Shown here one piece after another: positions 55,899 to 64,000 of a stretch of DNA of 64,000 bases (the stretch's first letter is position 1; the number at the start of each line of letters is the position of its first letter). The notes under the pieces were generated by a model that was not told where the DNA came from, searched no databases, and saw only the letters and a program-made list of their open reading frames with translations. A program made the position numbers and the translations under genes. Source of the stretch: an uncultured Lachnospiraceae bacterium (GTDB lineage Bacteria > Bacillota > Clostridia > Lachnospirales > Lachnospiraceae); assembly GCA_910586555.1 (NCBI GenBank), contig CAJUJY010000004.1:12112-76111 (forward strand). Reading direction: 5' to 3'.

Positions 55899-56573
55899 CT
55901 ACCAGTACGGCGGATAGTAATGCCCCATATTGCAGCACATGCTGCCACTCATACATATATTACATGCCATATAAGCCATACACAGTTTTGCACATGCATT
56001 ACTGCCTGAACCTGCGGGTGTTCCATAAGGGCTCTGCATACTCTGGTACCACATACCGCCAGATTCAAGACGTGCTACAAGCTGTGCAAACTGGGGGTTT
56101 TGTGGCTCCATTAAAGCCGCCTGCTTTGCATGTTCAAGTGCCAGTATATTATTGCCAAGCCCCATATTAGCTATTGCGCTAAGATAGTACCACTGCCCGT
56201 TCTTCTCTTCCATCTGTGCAAGTACATTAAGTGCCTCTTTATAATACCTGCTGTTTATATAATTAGCGGCAGCCTTTAAATGCATTGAATTTACATCATT
56301 TGCGGATGAATTATAGCCGCCCATGCCCTGCCCGTTATACGAATATCCGCCATAGGTCTGGTTATAGCTGCCATAACTGCCATTTTCCCTCTCCTCCATT
56401 ATCTGCCTGTATGCCTGCTGTATCTCTTTAAAGCGTTCTTCTGCCTGGGACTTATTGGGGTTATTAATATTAGCATCAGGGTGGTATTTCCTGCTTAAAT
56501 TCCTGTATGCCCTCTTTATCTCATCAGAAGAAGCAGACCTGCCAATTCCAAGCACCTGGTATGGGTCATTCAT
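55899..56573 (-). CDS. J-domain protein with TPR-like middle region and Cys-rich C-terminal tail
   Basis: DPYQVLGI...[15 protein letters not shown] (the HPD motif), then Y/G-rich and TPR-like segments. The tail [31 protein letters not shown] has 7 Cys. Confidence 0.85.
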   Translation of the reverse strand: MNDPYQVLGIGRSASSDEIKRAYRNLSRKYHPDANINNPNKSQAEERFKEIQQAYRQIMEERENGSYGSYNQTYGGYSYNGQGMGGYNSSANDVNSMHLKAAANYINSRYYKEALNVLAQMEEKNGQWYYLSAIANMGLGNNILALEHAKQAALMEPQNPQFAQLVARLESGGMWYQSMQSPYGTPAGSGSNACAKLCMAYMACNICMSGSMCCNMGHYYPPYW

Positions 56574-56582
56574 AATAAAACC

Positions 56583-57428
56583 TCATTCCTGCGCTGCCTT
56601 CTGCGCATTATATATCTTGTCCTTTACATTCTCATAACGGCACCATACGCCTGAATATATAATATTCCTTAAAATTCCTGCATTTTGTACAACTGGCAGC
56701 CGTTCAAAAGCCCTTCCGGTTTCTGACATCATCATAAGAAGTATCTGGTATATCCTTTCCTGTGTCATGTTTCCATTTTCTGGTGCAAGGAACGGGTTAT
56801 AGCAGTTTTTCTTTCTATCTTCTTCCATATCCTCATATGCATCAAGAAGATATATAAATTTGCCAAGAAAATACCCCATTTTACTAAGGTCATCTGCCCA
56901 TAAATCATTATGGCATACAAATAAAGCAGCACATATTTCACCAAAACAGCCTGATATATAATCAATATCACTACAACCGTCTTTTTCAGCAGCAGCAAGT
57001 TTATCAAGGCTTTCTTTAATAGTTTTTGCCTTATCCGGGTATTTCTTTTTTACTTTCTTCGCTTTAAACCATAAAAGCCTGCCATAAAGTGCTTTTAAAA
57101 TTTTATGCTCATCATTCCAGTCATCCACACACTTATAATATGACAGCAAAATATTCATATCTGCTGCATATTTTAAATAAACAGGCTTTTTTACCATATG
57201 TTTATGTGCCAGGTGCGCTATGCACCTTACTGTCTGTATGGGTATATCTGGTTCATATAATGAAGTAAGAAGCAGTCCAAGAAAAGCCATATCATAATTT
57301 AAGGATAACTGCCCGGTAAAGCCATAGCCTTCTTTAAGACACCTGCAAAGTCCGCAGTAATATGCCTTGTATTCCCTTAATTCGCATACTTTAAGCACGT
57401 CCTGGAATGGAAGTACATAACCAAACAA
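56583..57428 (-). CDS. DUF5685-like protein
   Basis: The N-terminus MFGYVLPFQDVLKVCELREYKAYYCGLCRCLKEGYGFTGQLSLNYDMAFL matches my memory of the DUF5685 family. Confidence 0.6.
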   Translation of the reverse strand: MFGYVLPFQDVLKVCELREYKAYYCGLCRCLKEGYGFTGQLSLNYDMAFLGLLLTSLYEPDIPIQTVRCIAHLAHKHMVKKPVYLKYAADMNILLSYYKCVDDWNDEHKILKALYGRLLWFKAKKVKKKYPDKAKTIKESLDKLAAAEKDGCSDIDYISGCFGEICAALFVCHNDLWADDLSKMGYFLGKFIYLLDAYEDMEEDRKKNCYNPFLAPENGNMTQERIYQILLMMMSETGRAFERLPVVQNAGILRNIIYSGVWCRYENVKDKIYNAQKAAQE

Positions 57429-57432
57429 TTCT

Positions 57433-57840
57433 TTAACTCCTTTTTATAAACTCTGTATGGCACTTAGGACAGGTAATTGCAATACGCCCTTTTCCCTTTG
57501 GCACCCTTATGGACTGCCGGCAGGACGGGCATTTATAAATATGGTGGGTCCTGCGCTGCTGCATATGGCTTTTCTGGCGTAAAATAAAAAACTTTATGCC
57601 ATTGTGGAACTTCATATACCGTTCATTTTCTGAGTACCTTTTGCTATGGTTTCTTGATAACATACGGAAATAAGCATAAATAATTGCTGCAACTGATAAT
57701 ATGTTAAACAGGAAATGTATAAAAGGAGCTTTTATAAACATTTCCAGTATAACCATTATAAGGGCACTAAAAACCAGAAAATTTGTAAACTGGTCAACAC
57801 CATACCTGCCCTGCATAAACCTTGCTAATCTTTCCCTCAT
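57433..57840 (-). CDS. Membrane protein with C-terminal zinc-ribbon
   Basis: Two predicted TM helices followed by CPSCRQSIRVPKGKGRIAITCPKCH. It is the first gene of the string that continues through DUF5685 and the J-domain gene. Confidence 0.65.
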   Translation of the reverse strand: MRERLARFMQGRYGVDQFTNFLVFSALIMVILEMFIKAPFIHFLFNILSVAAIIYAYFRMLSRNHSKRYSENERYMKFHNGIKFFILRQKSHMQQRRTHHIYKCPSCRQSIRVPKGKGRIAITCPKCHTEFIKRS

Positions 57841-57895
57841 AAGAATCCCCCATTCTAAAACCTGCTTATAGAAACATGCTGTTAAAGGCCGCCTT

Positions 57896-58052
57896 TTAAC
57901 CTCATTAAGTAAGTCCCACGCTTCTTAAGCGGTGGGTTTAGGACTTACTTAGTCTGGCAGGAGTTTAAGCTCCTGCCAGACTGCCGCAAAGCGGCAATGA
58001 GGTTATGAGCAAGTAGCGAAGCGGATTGCGAATATCAGTTTGACTACTTGCT
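57896..58052 (+). repeat. Multi-hairpin intergenic repeat, copy D
   Basis: AACCTCAT / TAAGTAAGTCC..GGACTTACTTA / GTCTGGCAGGAG..CTCCTGCCAGAC / TGCCGCAAAGCGGCA / ATGAGGTT, then GCAAGTAG...CTACTTGC. Confidence 0.85.
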
Positions 58053-58234
58053 GCAAAAATCTGCTGTTAAGTCCTGCTTGCAAAATTTTACTTGCAAGAC
58101 TTTGTTTACAAAAAGCACTTTTATTCTTCAAATTCTAATAAACAATTTTAAATCATTTTCCGGAAAATTCAATGCAGTAATTTATGAACAATTATAAAAT
58201 ATCTATAAAATTATTACAAAATTATTAAAATTCA

Positions 58235-59923
58235 TTATGATACAGGCGTGTTTGTGGCCTGTACACCCTCTGTACCTGTATATCCACCGCCTACAGGCAC
58301 AAATTCATATAAGGAAAGATAGTTTATCCCATCTTCTGATGGTTCATAGGACACCTTTATTGTGTCACCTGCCGTAATTTTTATAAGCTGTTCATTATCT
58401 TCAAACTTCTGCTTATAAACATTATGGTTTTCATCTTTAATATATACAATATTGCCATCTTCTGTATTAATAAACTGTATATCTGTAACTTTAATTATTT
58501 CTGTTTTGCTTGCTGCGGAATTATCTGGTGTAACACTGCCACCTTTTGTTTTAACCAGCTTTTTATAATTAGCAAATACTTCAGACTGGGTAGATGCTGT
58601 TGCAACTATATTGTACTGTTCTACATTTACCATTGCATACATTTTAACAAGCCCGCCGTCATCTTTAAGCACCATTATATAAGTTGGCACACCACCAACA
58701 TTTATAAGGCTTGGAAATGCGGCATCATAGCCTTTTTCCTGTACCTCACCTTCTGCTGCTGCCATTGCAGAGTGTTCTTCTGCACCTGACACTTTATAGT
58801 ATTTTGCCTCTGATGTGCGCTGGTTCATCATTACAAATCCTATATTAGACTGGTCACCATTTACAGAGGTTACACCTGTATAAATCCATACATCATCACC
58901 AATAATCTTATAGCCGAAATCGTTTGTAACCTGCTTACAGTCTTTTTGTCCAAATATGCTGTTAATAAAACCACCTGATAATGTTCCAAACCAGTTGTAT
59001 TTATCACATAAAAGATGCCCGTCATATGCATTGTCAACCCATGAAGGTATATTATCAATTTTATAATAGTTACATGAACCATCTACAGGATTGCATATAA
59101 TAATTCCATTTACATCCATGCCGCCAAACAGCCCTACGCGTGCTGATACTGTAGGACAGATATAATAAGGGTTTCCTTCATCATCAATTTCAAAATTATA
59201 CCCTGATATAATTTTCGTTGGATATTTAAACTGTACATGGCGCATAAGGTTATAATTAAAGTATGCAGACGGGACATATTTCATGCCTTGTGCCAGTTCA
59301 ACATATTCAGCATTGGAATTAACAGGGTTTACCTTTACATATCCTGGAATACCCTTGTCCCTGTTATTCCACCACTTAAAAAAGCTTGCATACTTAAGTG
59401 CGGAAACCTTATATGGCATTTTCTGTATACTTATCTGTGTATAATCCCTTTCCACTTCATACTGGCTTACCACCTCTGAAAGCGAACCAATCTTCCTGTT
59501 GCCAAAAATCCTCGCACTCTCTGTATCCATAAGCGCAAGGTCCGTTATATGTTCTGTTTCCTCAAGGTCAGAAGCAAAATCCTTATTTTCCACTGTTAAA
59601 AGTGAAGCATACTTTTTAGCCCTTAAAAGCGGTGAGCCAATTATATTTCCGGTAAATGCCACTAAAAAAAGGATTACAGCAAGGATTCCAAAAGTTTTAC
59701 TTATAAATGGCAGATAACCCCAGTTTTTCATTTTCTTATTCCTGTCAAACTTATACCTTATGCTGTTAATCCCTGATATAACCCCAAGTACAAGGCATAT
59801 TGCAACTATGCCTGCCCAGAATGAAGGTTTGTGTATATTTATAACAGGATAATTTATATAATAATACCCTCCTGTAAATAAAACAAAAGCCAGCAAAAGA
59901 AATACATATATTTTTTTCTTCAT
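58235..59923 (-). CDS. Conserved membrane-anchored protein of unknown function
   Basis: About 562 aa with three N-terminal TM helices and a large extracytoplasmic domain. No motif recognised. Start taken as MKKKIYVF. Confidence 0.65.
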   Translation of the reverse strand: MKKKIYVFLLLAFVLFTGGYYYINYPVINIHKPSFWAGIVAICLVLGVISGINSIRYKFDRNKKMKNWGYLPFISKTFGILAVILFLVAFTGNIIGSPLLRAKKYASLLTVENKDFASDLEETEHITDLALMDTESARIFGNRKIGSLSEVVSQYEVERDYTQISIQKMPYKVSALKYASFFKWWNNRDKGIPGYVKVNPVNSNAEYVELAQGMKYVPSAYFNYNLMRHVQFKYPTKIISGYNFEIDDEGNPYYICPTVSARVGLFGGMDVNGIIICNPVDGSCNYYKIDNIPSWVDNAYDGHLLCDKYNWFGTLSGGFINSIFGQKDCKQVTNDFGYKIIGDDVWIYTGVTSVNGDQSNIGFVMMNQRTSEAKYYKVSGAEEHSAMAAAEGEVQEKGYDAAFPSLINVGGVPTYIMVLKDDGGLVKMYAMVNVEQYNIVATASTQSEVFANYKKLVKTKGGSVTPDNSAASKTEIIKVTDIQFINTEDGNIVYIKDENHNVYKQKFEDNEQLIKITAGDTIKVSYEPSEDGINYLSLYEFVPVGGGYTGTEGVQATNTPVS

Positions 59924-59975
59924 AAAAGTACCCATGCCTTTCTAATGCCCGCAGACTTTGGGCCGCAGGCACAAA
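59924..59975 (-). promoter_or_regulatory. Conserved 5' leader hairpin (copy 1), directly upstream of the SD
   Basis: The minus strand reads UGUGCCUGCGGCCCAAAGUCUGCGGGCAUUAGAAAGGCAUGG, with stem UGCCUGC/GCGGGCA. A second copy lies at 61776-61830. Confidence 0.5.
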
Positions 59976-60000
59976 TCCTAAACTCTTGCTTTGCAAGAGT
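59970..60000 (-). terminator. Rho-independent terminator of pncB
   Basis: On the minus strand: ACTCTTGC AAA GCAAGAGT followed by TTTAGGATTT. It is preceded by a second hairpin, GTGAAAAAAC...GTTTTTTCAC (60002-60032). Confidence 0.65.
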
Positions 60001-60051
60001 TGTGAAAAAACTTTCGTGTATGGTTTTTTCACACTATCCCCTTTAAATATA

Positions 60052-61503
60052 TTATTCCCTGACAGCAGCCAGAAGGTTACGTTTCATATTATAATAGCCT
60101 GGTGTCATGTCAAGGTAATGCCTGTGCGGGTTCTCAAAACGCTGTTCTTCCACCCATATTTCATTATCAAGCTGCCTGCGGACATATGCTGCAATCTCCT
60201 GTACACTGCGCTTTGTGCCTGTAAACCTGCCATCTTTAAATATTTGTTTCTGTAATTTTACAAAACGGCATCCTTTAAAGCTCCTTCTTTTCCACGGCTT
60301 TAATGGATCAATATAATCTGTTTCACTTAAACCTTCAAGTTCTTCATTATATTCTGCAATAATATCTGCGATAGCTTTATTATTTTCATCATAAACCCTG
60401 TAAAGTTTTTTAAGCCCTGGGTTGGTAATTTTTTCTATATTTTCAGAAACCTTAATCCTTGGTTCAAATACCCCGTTGTTTTCTACGGCAGATATTTTAT
60501 ATACTGCACCAAATACAGGTTCAGACTTTGATGTTATAAGCCTTTCACCAACACCGAAACTGTCAATGCATGCCCCCTGTGTTATAAGTGACTGTATTGT
60601 AAACTCATCAAGGCTGTTTGAGGCAACTATCATACAGTCATTAAGCCCTGCATTATCAAGCATTTTCCTTGCTTTTTTTGAAAGGTAGGCAAGATCGCCA
60701 CTGTCAAGCCTTATACCCTTAAGCCTCTTCCCCATTGGTTCTAAAACTTCTTTTGCTGTTTTTATTGCATTAGGTATGCCGCTTCTTAATACATCATATG
60801 TATCAACAAGCAATACAGTCATATCAGGATATGTCTGTGCATATTTCTTAAATGCCAGGAACTCATCCTCAAAAAACATAACCCAGCTATGAGCCATAGT
60901 TCCGCTTAATGGTATTCCAAACATCTGCCCTGCAAGCACAGTTGCTGTAGAAGAAGCCCCGCCAATAAACGCTGCCCTTGCGCCATATACAGCAGCGTCC
61001 ATATTATGCGCCCTGCGTGCCCCAAAGTCAGAAACAAGCCTGTTTCCTGCTGCATAACATATCCTCCTTGTTTTAGTTGCTATAAGTGACTGGTGGTTTA
61101 CTTCAAGAAGGATTGCTGTTTCTATAAGCTGTGCATCTATAAGAGGCGCAATAACTGTAATTACAGGTTCGCCAGGGTACATAACAGTACCCTCTTCAAG
61201 TGCATATATATCACCTTTAAACTTAAAGTTTCTAAGGTATTCAAGAAAATCTTCATTAAATATCCCAAGGCTTTTTAAGTAAGCAATGTCGTTATCATCA
61301 AAATGAAGGTTTTCAATGTATTCTATAATCTGCCCAAGCCCTGCAAATATTGAAAAACCGCCTTTATCCGGATTATTCCTGTAAAATACATCAAATACAA
61401 CCCTTCCGTCTTTATTTCCATCTGTAAAATAACCATTACCCATTGTAAGTTCATACAGATCCATTACCATGCTTAAATTCCTTGCTTCATTCTGTGTCTT
61501 CAT
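60052..61503 (-). CDS. pncB: Nicotinate phosphoribosyltransferase
   Basis: MDLYELTMGNGYF... plus a canonical NAPRTase body. Start at M15 of the track ORF after GGAGGA. Confidence 0.92.
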   Translation of the reverse strand: MKTQNEARNLSMVMDLYELTMGNGYFTDGNKDGRVVFDVFYRNNPDKGGFSIFAGLGQIIEYIENLHFDDNDIAYLKSLGIFNEDFLEYLRNFKFKGDIYALEEGTVMYPGEPVITVIAPLIDAQLIETAILLEVNHQSLIATKTRRICYAAGNRLVSDFGARRAHNMDAAVYGARAAFIGGASSTATVLAGQMFGIPLSGTMAHSWVMFFEDEFLAFKKYAQTYPDMTVLLVDTYDVLRSGIPNAIKTAKEVLEPMGKRLKGIRLDSGDLAYLSKKARKMLDNAGLNDCMIVASNSLDEFTIQSLITQGACIDSFGVGERLITSKSEPVFGAVYKISAVENNGVFEPRIKVSENIEKITNPGLKKLYRVYDENNKAIADIIAEYNEELEGLSETDYIDPLKPWKRRSFKGCRFVKLQKQIFKDGRFTGTKRSVQEIAAYVRRQLDNEIWVEEQRFENPHRHYLDMTPGYYNMKRNLLAAVRE

Positions 61504-61577
61504 CTGTCTATCCTCCATTATGCCATGCCAGGCAGTTATACACAATACCTGGCCCGCAATGCAGATTACAAATGTAT

Positions 61578-61775
61578 TTAACCTGCAATAACTGAATTTA
61601 ATTTTTCAATAACAGCATCAAGATCTATGCCATGCACCCCACATGCCTGTTCTAAAGTTTCCCTTGCTGATGAAGGACATCTTACACAGCTAAGCCCCAT
61701 TTCATTAAATACCTTAATAGTTTCTGGATGGTACTGTAAAATAGCGCCAACCAGTGAATATTTTGAAATAACCAT
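61578..61775 (-). CDS. DUF1858 / hybrid-cluster-protein-associated redox disulfide domain protein
   Basis: 65 aa: ILQYHPETIKVFNEMGLSCVRCPSSARETLEQACGVHGIDLDAVIEKLN. Confidence 0.7.
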   Translation of the reverse strand: MVISKYSLVGAILQYHPETIKVFNEMGLSCVRCPSSARETLEQACGVHGIDLDAVIEKLNSVIAG

Positions 61776-61830
61776 ATAAACCATACCTTTCTAATGCCTG
61801 TACTTTTTGCCACAGGCACAGGCCCATATA
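61776..61830 (-). promoter_or_regulatory. Conserved 5' leader hairpin (copy 2)
   Basis: The minus strand reads UGUGCCUGUGGCAAAAAGUACAGGCAUUAGAAAGGUAUGG, with stem UGCCUGU/ACAGGCA. One base pair differs from copy 1 on both strands. Confidence 0.5.
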
Positions 61831-61901
61831 ACGGGCATATGCCAGAACTTTTATAATAATATTTATTATAAATAATACTTATTCTGGTTTCTTAGATAAA
61901 T

Positions 61902-61929
61902 ATTATACCAGATATTACAGGTTTTTCAA
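61902..61929 (-). promoter_or_regulatory. Sigma-A type promoter of the DUF1858-pncB unit
   Basis: On the minus strand: TTGAAA (61924-61929), 16 nt, then TATAAT (61902-61907). Confidence 0.6.
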
Positions 61930-61992
61930 GATTTTTGACAAATTGGCAATAAGGTTGTATGGTTTTTAGCTCTCTTTTACTTTGGCAAATAT

Positions 61993-63159
61993 TTACCCTG
62001 CACACTTTTTTAATGCCCGTTCATGCATTATTATCATTATAACAAGTATTATTATTAAATATAATGGAAACAGAGAGGCACTATAATGGTTTGCCACAAG
62101 CCCAAACAAAAATGGCATAAGGCATGTTCCTGTATATGCCGCTGCCATTTGTACTCCTATCATTGACTGTGATTTGTCTGCACCAAAATGCCGTGGTGTA
62201 GAATGTATAATGCAAGGATAAACCGGTGCGCACCCAAAACCCATTATTACAAGGCCAATAAGCGGTATTATATTCCCATATGGCATAAATAGCATTAAAA
62301 TGCCAGAAAATGCTACTATCTGTCCAATACGTACTAACTTTAAACAACTAATTTTAACTGCTATAAAACCGCTTAATGCCCTGCCTGCTGTAATCCCCAT
62401 AAAAAACAGTCCTGCAAGCCCTGCGGCAGTTTCTGCAGGTATATTTTTACTAAGCACAAGGTAACTTCCAGCCCATAGACCTGCTGTCTGTTCTAAAGCA
62501 CAATAACAGAAAAATGTAACCATTATTTCACTAGCACCTGGTATTTTAATAACCTGGCGTAGTGAAAGATGTTTACCACTGCCTGGGTTACATGCAGCCT
62601 TGCCACATGTAATAGTTTTTTTCCACAATGGAAGGAAAATTATCAAAATTATAGAAAGAAATGCCTGTAATATACTTATATACCCATATCCTGCGCTCCA
62701 GTTTTTTCCACAAGCAAGTACATATCCCATAATATATGGCCCTGCTGATGCACCAATCCCCCACATGCAGTAGAGCCAGTTCATATGCCTGTTTGCATAA
62801 TGCAGTGCAATATAATTATTTAATGAAGCATCTACACTTCCTGCTCCAAGCCCATAAGGGACAGCCCACAGGCAAAGGACAAAAAAAGAATGGCTAAAAG
62901 AAAAACCCGCCAGTGCAATAGCAGTTATTGTTACACTTATTGATGTGACCCTTCCTGTTCCAAGGCTTTTTTCAAGCCTGTCACTTTGCAAGCTTGAAAA
63001 AATTGTGCCTGCTGCAATTATCATTGAAATAATTCCTGCATATGAAACAGGCATGCCAAATTCCTTATACATAACTGGCCATGCAGAGCCAAGCAGTGAG
63101 TCAGGAAGCCCCATGCTTATAAATGCAATATAAATTATTATTAAAAGCAGATGCGTCAT
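61993..63159 (-). CDS. MFS transporter
   Basis: 388 aa with ~12 predicted TM helices and MFS-like loop motifs. Confidence 0.8.
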   Translation of the reverse strand: MTHLLLIIIYIAFISMGLPDSLLGSAWPVMYKEFGMPVSYAGIISMIIAAGTIFSSLQSDRLEKSLGTGRVTSISVTITAIALAGFSFSHSFFVLCLWAVPYGLGAGSVDASLNNYIALHYANRHMNWLYCMWGIGASAGPYIMGYVLACGKNWSAGYGYISILQAFLSIILIIFLPLWKKTITCGKAACNPGSGKHLSLRQVIKIPGASEIMVTFFCYCALEQTAGLWAGSYLVLSKNIPAETAAGLAGLFFMGITAGRALSGFIAVKISCLKLVRIGQIVAFSGILMLFMPYGNIIPLIGLVIMGFGCAPVYPCIIHSTPRHFGADKSQSMIGVQMAAAYTGTCLMPFLFGLVANHYSASLFPLYLIIILVIMIIMHERALKKCAG

Positions 63160-63439
63160 ATTTAACCCCTTTTCTGCGCTACTATCTGCGCATTTACAAA
63201 TTTAAATTATTAAAAAAGCCAAGCTCTTTCTGGCAGGATTTAAACAGCCAGGCAGCAATAAAGGCTGAAGATATCCACTTGACTTACACAAAAAAATTGT
63301 ATAATATAAAACAGCGGTTACTATAAAAGCCAGCCAGTATCTTCCATCTGATATATAATATTAAAATTTGTTAAATTGGTTATTGGTTTTTGTTAAATTT
63401 ATAATTTTTTAACCCCATTAACCAGAAAAAGGAGAAAAT

Positions 63440-63940
63440 ATGTTTTATGAAATGAGAAGAAAACGCCAGTTATTAACATTAGATGAATGTAATAATATTT
63501 TAAAAAATGGCACTTCTGGTGTACTTGCCTTGTCTGGCGGTGACAGCTTTCCATATGCTGTACCATTAAGTTATGTATACAGTGGCAGTTCTATTTACTT
63601 CCACAGCGCATTAACAGGACATAAAACCAGCTTAATACAGAAATTTCCTAAAGCTTCTTTTTGTGTTATAGGAAGTGATAATGTAATGCCTCTGGAATAT
63701 ACTACATATTTTAGCAGTGTAATTGTATTTGGGGAAATACATATAGTAGAAGATAAAGATAAAAAAATGGCAGCAATAAAAGAACTTGCTGTTAAATATG
63801 CACCTTTAGAAGAAGAAAATAAAATGCAGTCTGTTATTAATAATGAATGGGAACGCTTTTGTATAATTGAGCTTGCAATAAAGCATATAAGCGGTAAAAA
63901 AGCAAAAGAACTTATTAACCCTGGCAACATAAAAAAATAA
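63440..63940 (+). CDS. Pyridoxamine 5'-phosphate oxidase-family (FMN-binding split-barrel) protein
   Basis: 166 aa. MRRKRQLLTLDECNNILKNGTSGVLAL...YAVPLSYVY...IYFHSA is typical of NimA/PNPOx-like proteins. AAGGAG RBS. Confidence 0.75.
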   Translation: MFYEMRRKRQLLTLDECNNILKNGTSGVLALSGGDSFPYAVPLSYVYSGSSIYFHSALTGHKTSLIQKFPKASFCVIGSDNVMPLEYTTYFSSVIVFGEIHIVEDKDKKMAAIKELAVKYAPLEEENKMQSVINNEWERFCIIELAIKHISGKKAKELINPGNIKK

Positions 63941-64000
63941 GCACGAGACGGGATTCGAACCCGCGGCCCCCGCCTTGGCAAGGCGGTACTCCACCACTGA
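63940..64000 (-). tRNA. tRNA-Gly (anticodon GCC), 3' two-thirds; the 5' end lies beyond the window
   Basis: The reverse complement is TCAGTGGTGGAGTACCGCCTTGCCAAGGCGGGGGCCGCGGGTTCGAATCCCGTCTCGTGC-T. It shows a D-loop, anticodon stem-loop CCGCC-UUGCCAA-GGCGG, a T-arm with GGTTCGAATCC, and an acceptor 3' strand. No CCA is encoded. Confidence 0.9.

Overview
This is a 64-kb chromosomal segment from a low-GC, spore-forming Firmicute. The gene content looks clostridial: spoIVA, ylbJ, a LysM-GH18 YaaH-like gene, a glmS ribozyme, and prfA-prmC-DUF1385-rpmE-rho synteny. About 50 of roughly 56 genes are on the minus strand, and most of the window is housekeeping. All calls come from reading the ORF translations and the DNA by eye. 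No database search was run, so family names rest on remembered motifs and gene context.

Five things stand out:
1. The left end (1 to about 5.5 kb) is a restriction-modification cassette sitting next to the terminator of rlmD/rumA. It holds an HNH-type endonuclease convergent with a 1011-aa fused m6A plus circularly permuted m5C methyltransferase. The methyltransferase appears co-transcribed with an ASCH-domain gene and an excisionase-like HTH gene, from a consensus promoter preceded by four phased 10-bp repeats.
2. There are two copies of a ~0.65-kb composite repeat (~20.4-21.1 kb and ~40.3-41.0 kb). Each has long terminal inverted repeats and a ~175-nt hairpin whose helices covary between copies. 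An internal module is inverted relative to the hairpin in one copy.
3. A second, unrelated intergenic repeat family has six copies or fragments. It folds into a multi-hairpin junction and shows compensatory substitutions.
4. A ~3-kb surface-protein gene keeps one continuous reading frame but carries four in-frame stop codons and no frameshift. A decayed Rpn-like nuclease gene lies next to it.
5. Several smaller oddities: Rho with an Asn-rich insert, DUF1385 with a long charged tail, a ThyX-like protein lacking the RHR signature, an uncharacterised Cys-rich J-domain operon, and shared 5' leader hairpins on unrelated genes.

No CRISPR array, rRNA, integrase or transposase with an intact ORF was seen.
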